Assembly (NCBI GenBank): GCA_009840635.1 | Contig: VXNL01000020.1 | Span: forward strand, 13,883-77,882 | DNA from: Acidobacteriota bacterium | GTDB taxonomy: Bacteria; Acidobacteriota; Vicinamibacteria; Marinacidobacterales; Marinacidobacteraceae | Reading direction: 5' to 3' | Length of the DNA stretch: 64,000 nt | Shown here: piece after piece, positions 63,891 through 64,000 of the stretch | Numbering within the stretch: the first letter of the stretch is position 1 | Layout of the letters: the number at the start of each line of letters is the position of its first letter | The notes under the pieces: model-generated | The model's input: the letters and a program-made list of their open reading frames with translations, nothing else | What the model was told of the DNA's origin: nothing | Databases searched by the model: none | Position numbers and translations under genes: made by a program

Positions 63891-64000
63891 ATGCGCTCTT
63901 CTTGTTTTCGTCTCGCTCTCGCCTGCGCCCTGCCGGTGCTCCTGGCCCTTTCCTGCACCGGGCCGGTGAACGTGGACATGGAAGTCCCGAAGCCCGAAAA
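63891..64000 (+). CDS. lipoprotein, partial (continues beyond the right window edge)
   Basis: GGAGG 9 nt upstream of ATG 63891. MRSSCFRLALACALPVLLALSCTGPVNVDMEVPKPE..., with lipobox LALSC. Confidence 0.35.
   Translation, partial: MRSSCFRLALACALPVLLALSCTGPVNVDMEVPKPE

Overview
This is 64 kb of a high-GC (by eye about 68-70% G+C), gene-dense bacterial chromosome. I call 59 protein-coding genes, two of them partial at the window edges. I found no rRNA, tRNA, CRISPR array, transposase, integrase or phage structural gene. Stop codons are rare at this GC content, so many of the longest ORFs in the supplied track are antisense or out-of-frame shadows of recognisable genes, and I rejected them (for example 8..2929+, 12613..14196-, 26743..28779-, 29475..31550-, 36113..38116+, 40010..41986-, 58107..60029-, and the 5' parts of 21832..24663- and 51573..55031-). 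Gene content falls into these groups. Housekeeping: mnmA, cca, gltX, glnS, msrB. Methionine/sulfur: msrB-tauE/safE-metX-metY-CoA-binding protein, a SorAB-type sulfite dehydrogenase, and a GG-terminal MoaD/ThiS-like protein. A MoxR-DUF58-BatA/vWA operon. Many secreted peptide- and amide-scavenging hydrolases: S9 peptidase, D-aminoacylase, M55 D-aminopeptidase, Tat-exported amidase, two Amidohydro_3 paralogues, GGT and a GGCT-like protein. Also a TonB-dependent receptor, a solute-binding protein + histidine kinase + receiver-PP2C signalling module, and two toxin-antitoxin-type modules (VapBC, and an AbiEii-like nucleotidyltransferase with an unrecognised partner). My taxon guess is weak and inference only: a Gram-negative heterotroph of the Gemmatimonadota/Acidobacteriota kind. 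The observations most worth a second look are: (1) an ArsC/YffB-like gene at 25611..26006 that only makes sense if an in-frame TGA is read as selenocysteine (U-x-x-C motif, good SD+GTG upstream, SECIS-like hairpin downstream); (2) a modular family of GC-rich two-hairpin intergenic repeats (R1, at least 7 copies; R2, 4 copies) with compensatory changes in the stems, sometimes as inverted doublets, one copy extending the glnS reading frame; (3) a 64-bp-period tandem array (alternating 33/31-nt units, about 8 units) at 55545..55795, bracketed by inverted R1 copies; (4) a 269-bp hairpin-packed intergenic element bounded by 27-nt inverted repeats between the receiver-PP2C and SBP genes; (5) an unassignable two-gene module at 29439..32164 (4-TM coiled-coil protein + vWA-like lipoprotein); (6) a bacterial EXPERA/EBP-like membrane protein coupled to a DinB gene. 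All family assignments come from reading motifs by eye. No database search was run.
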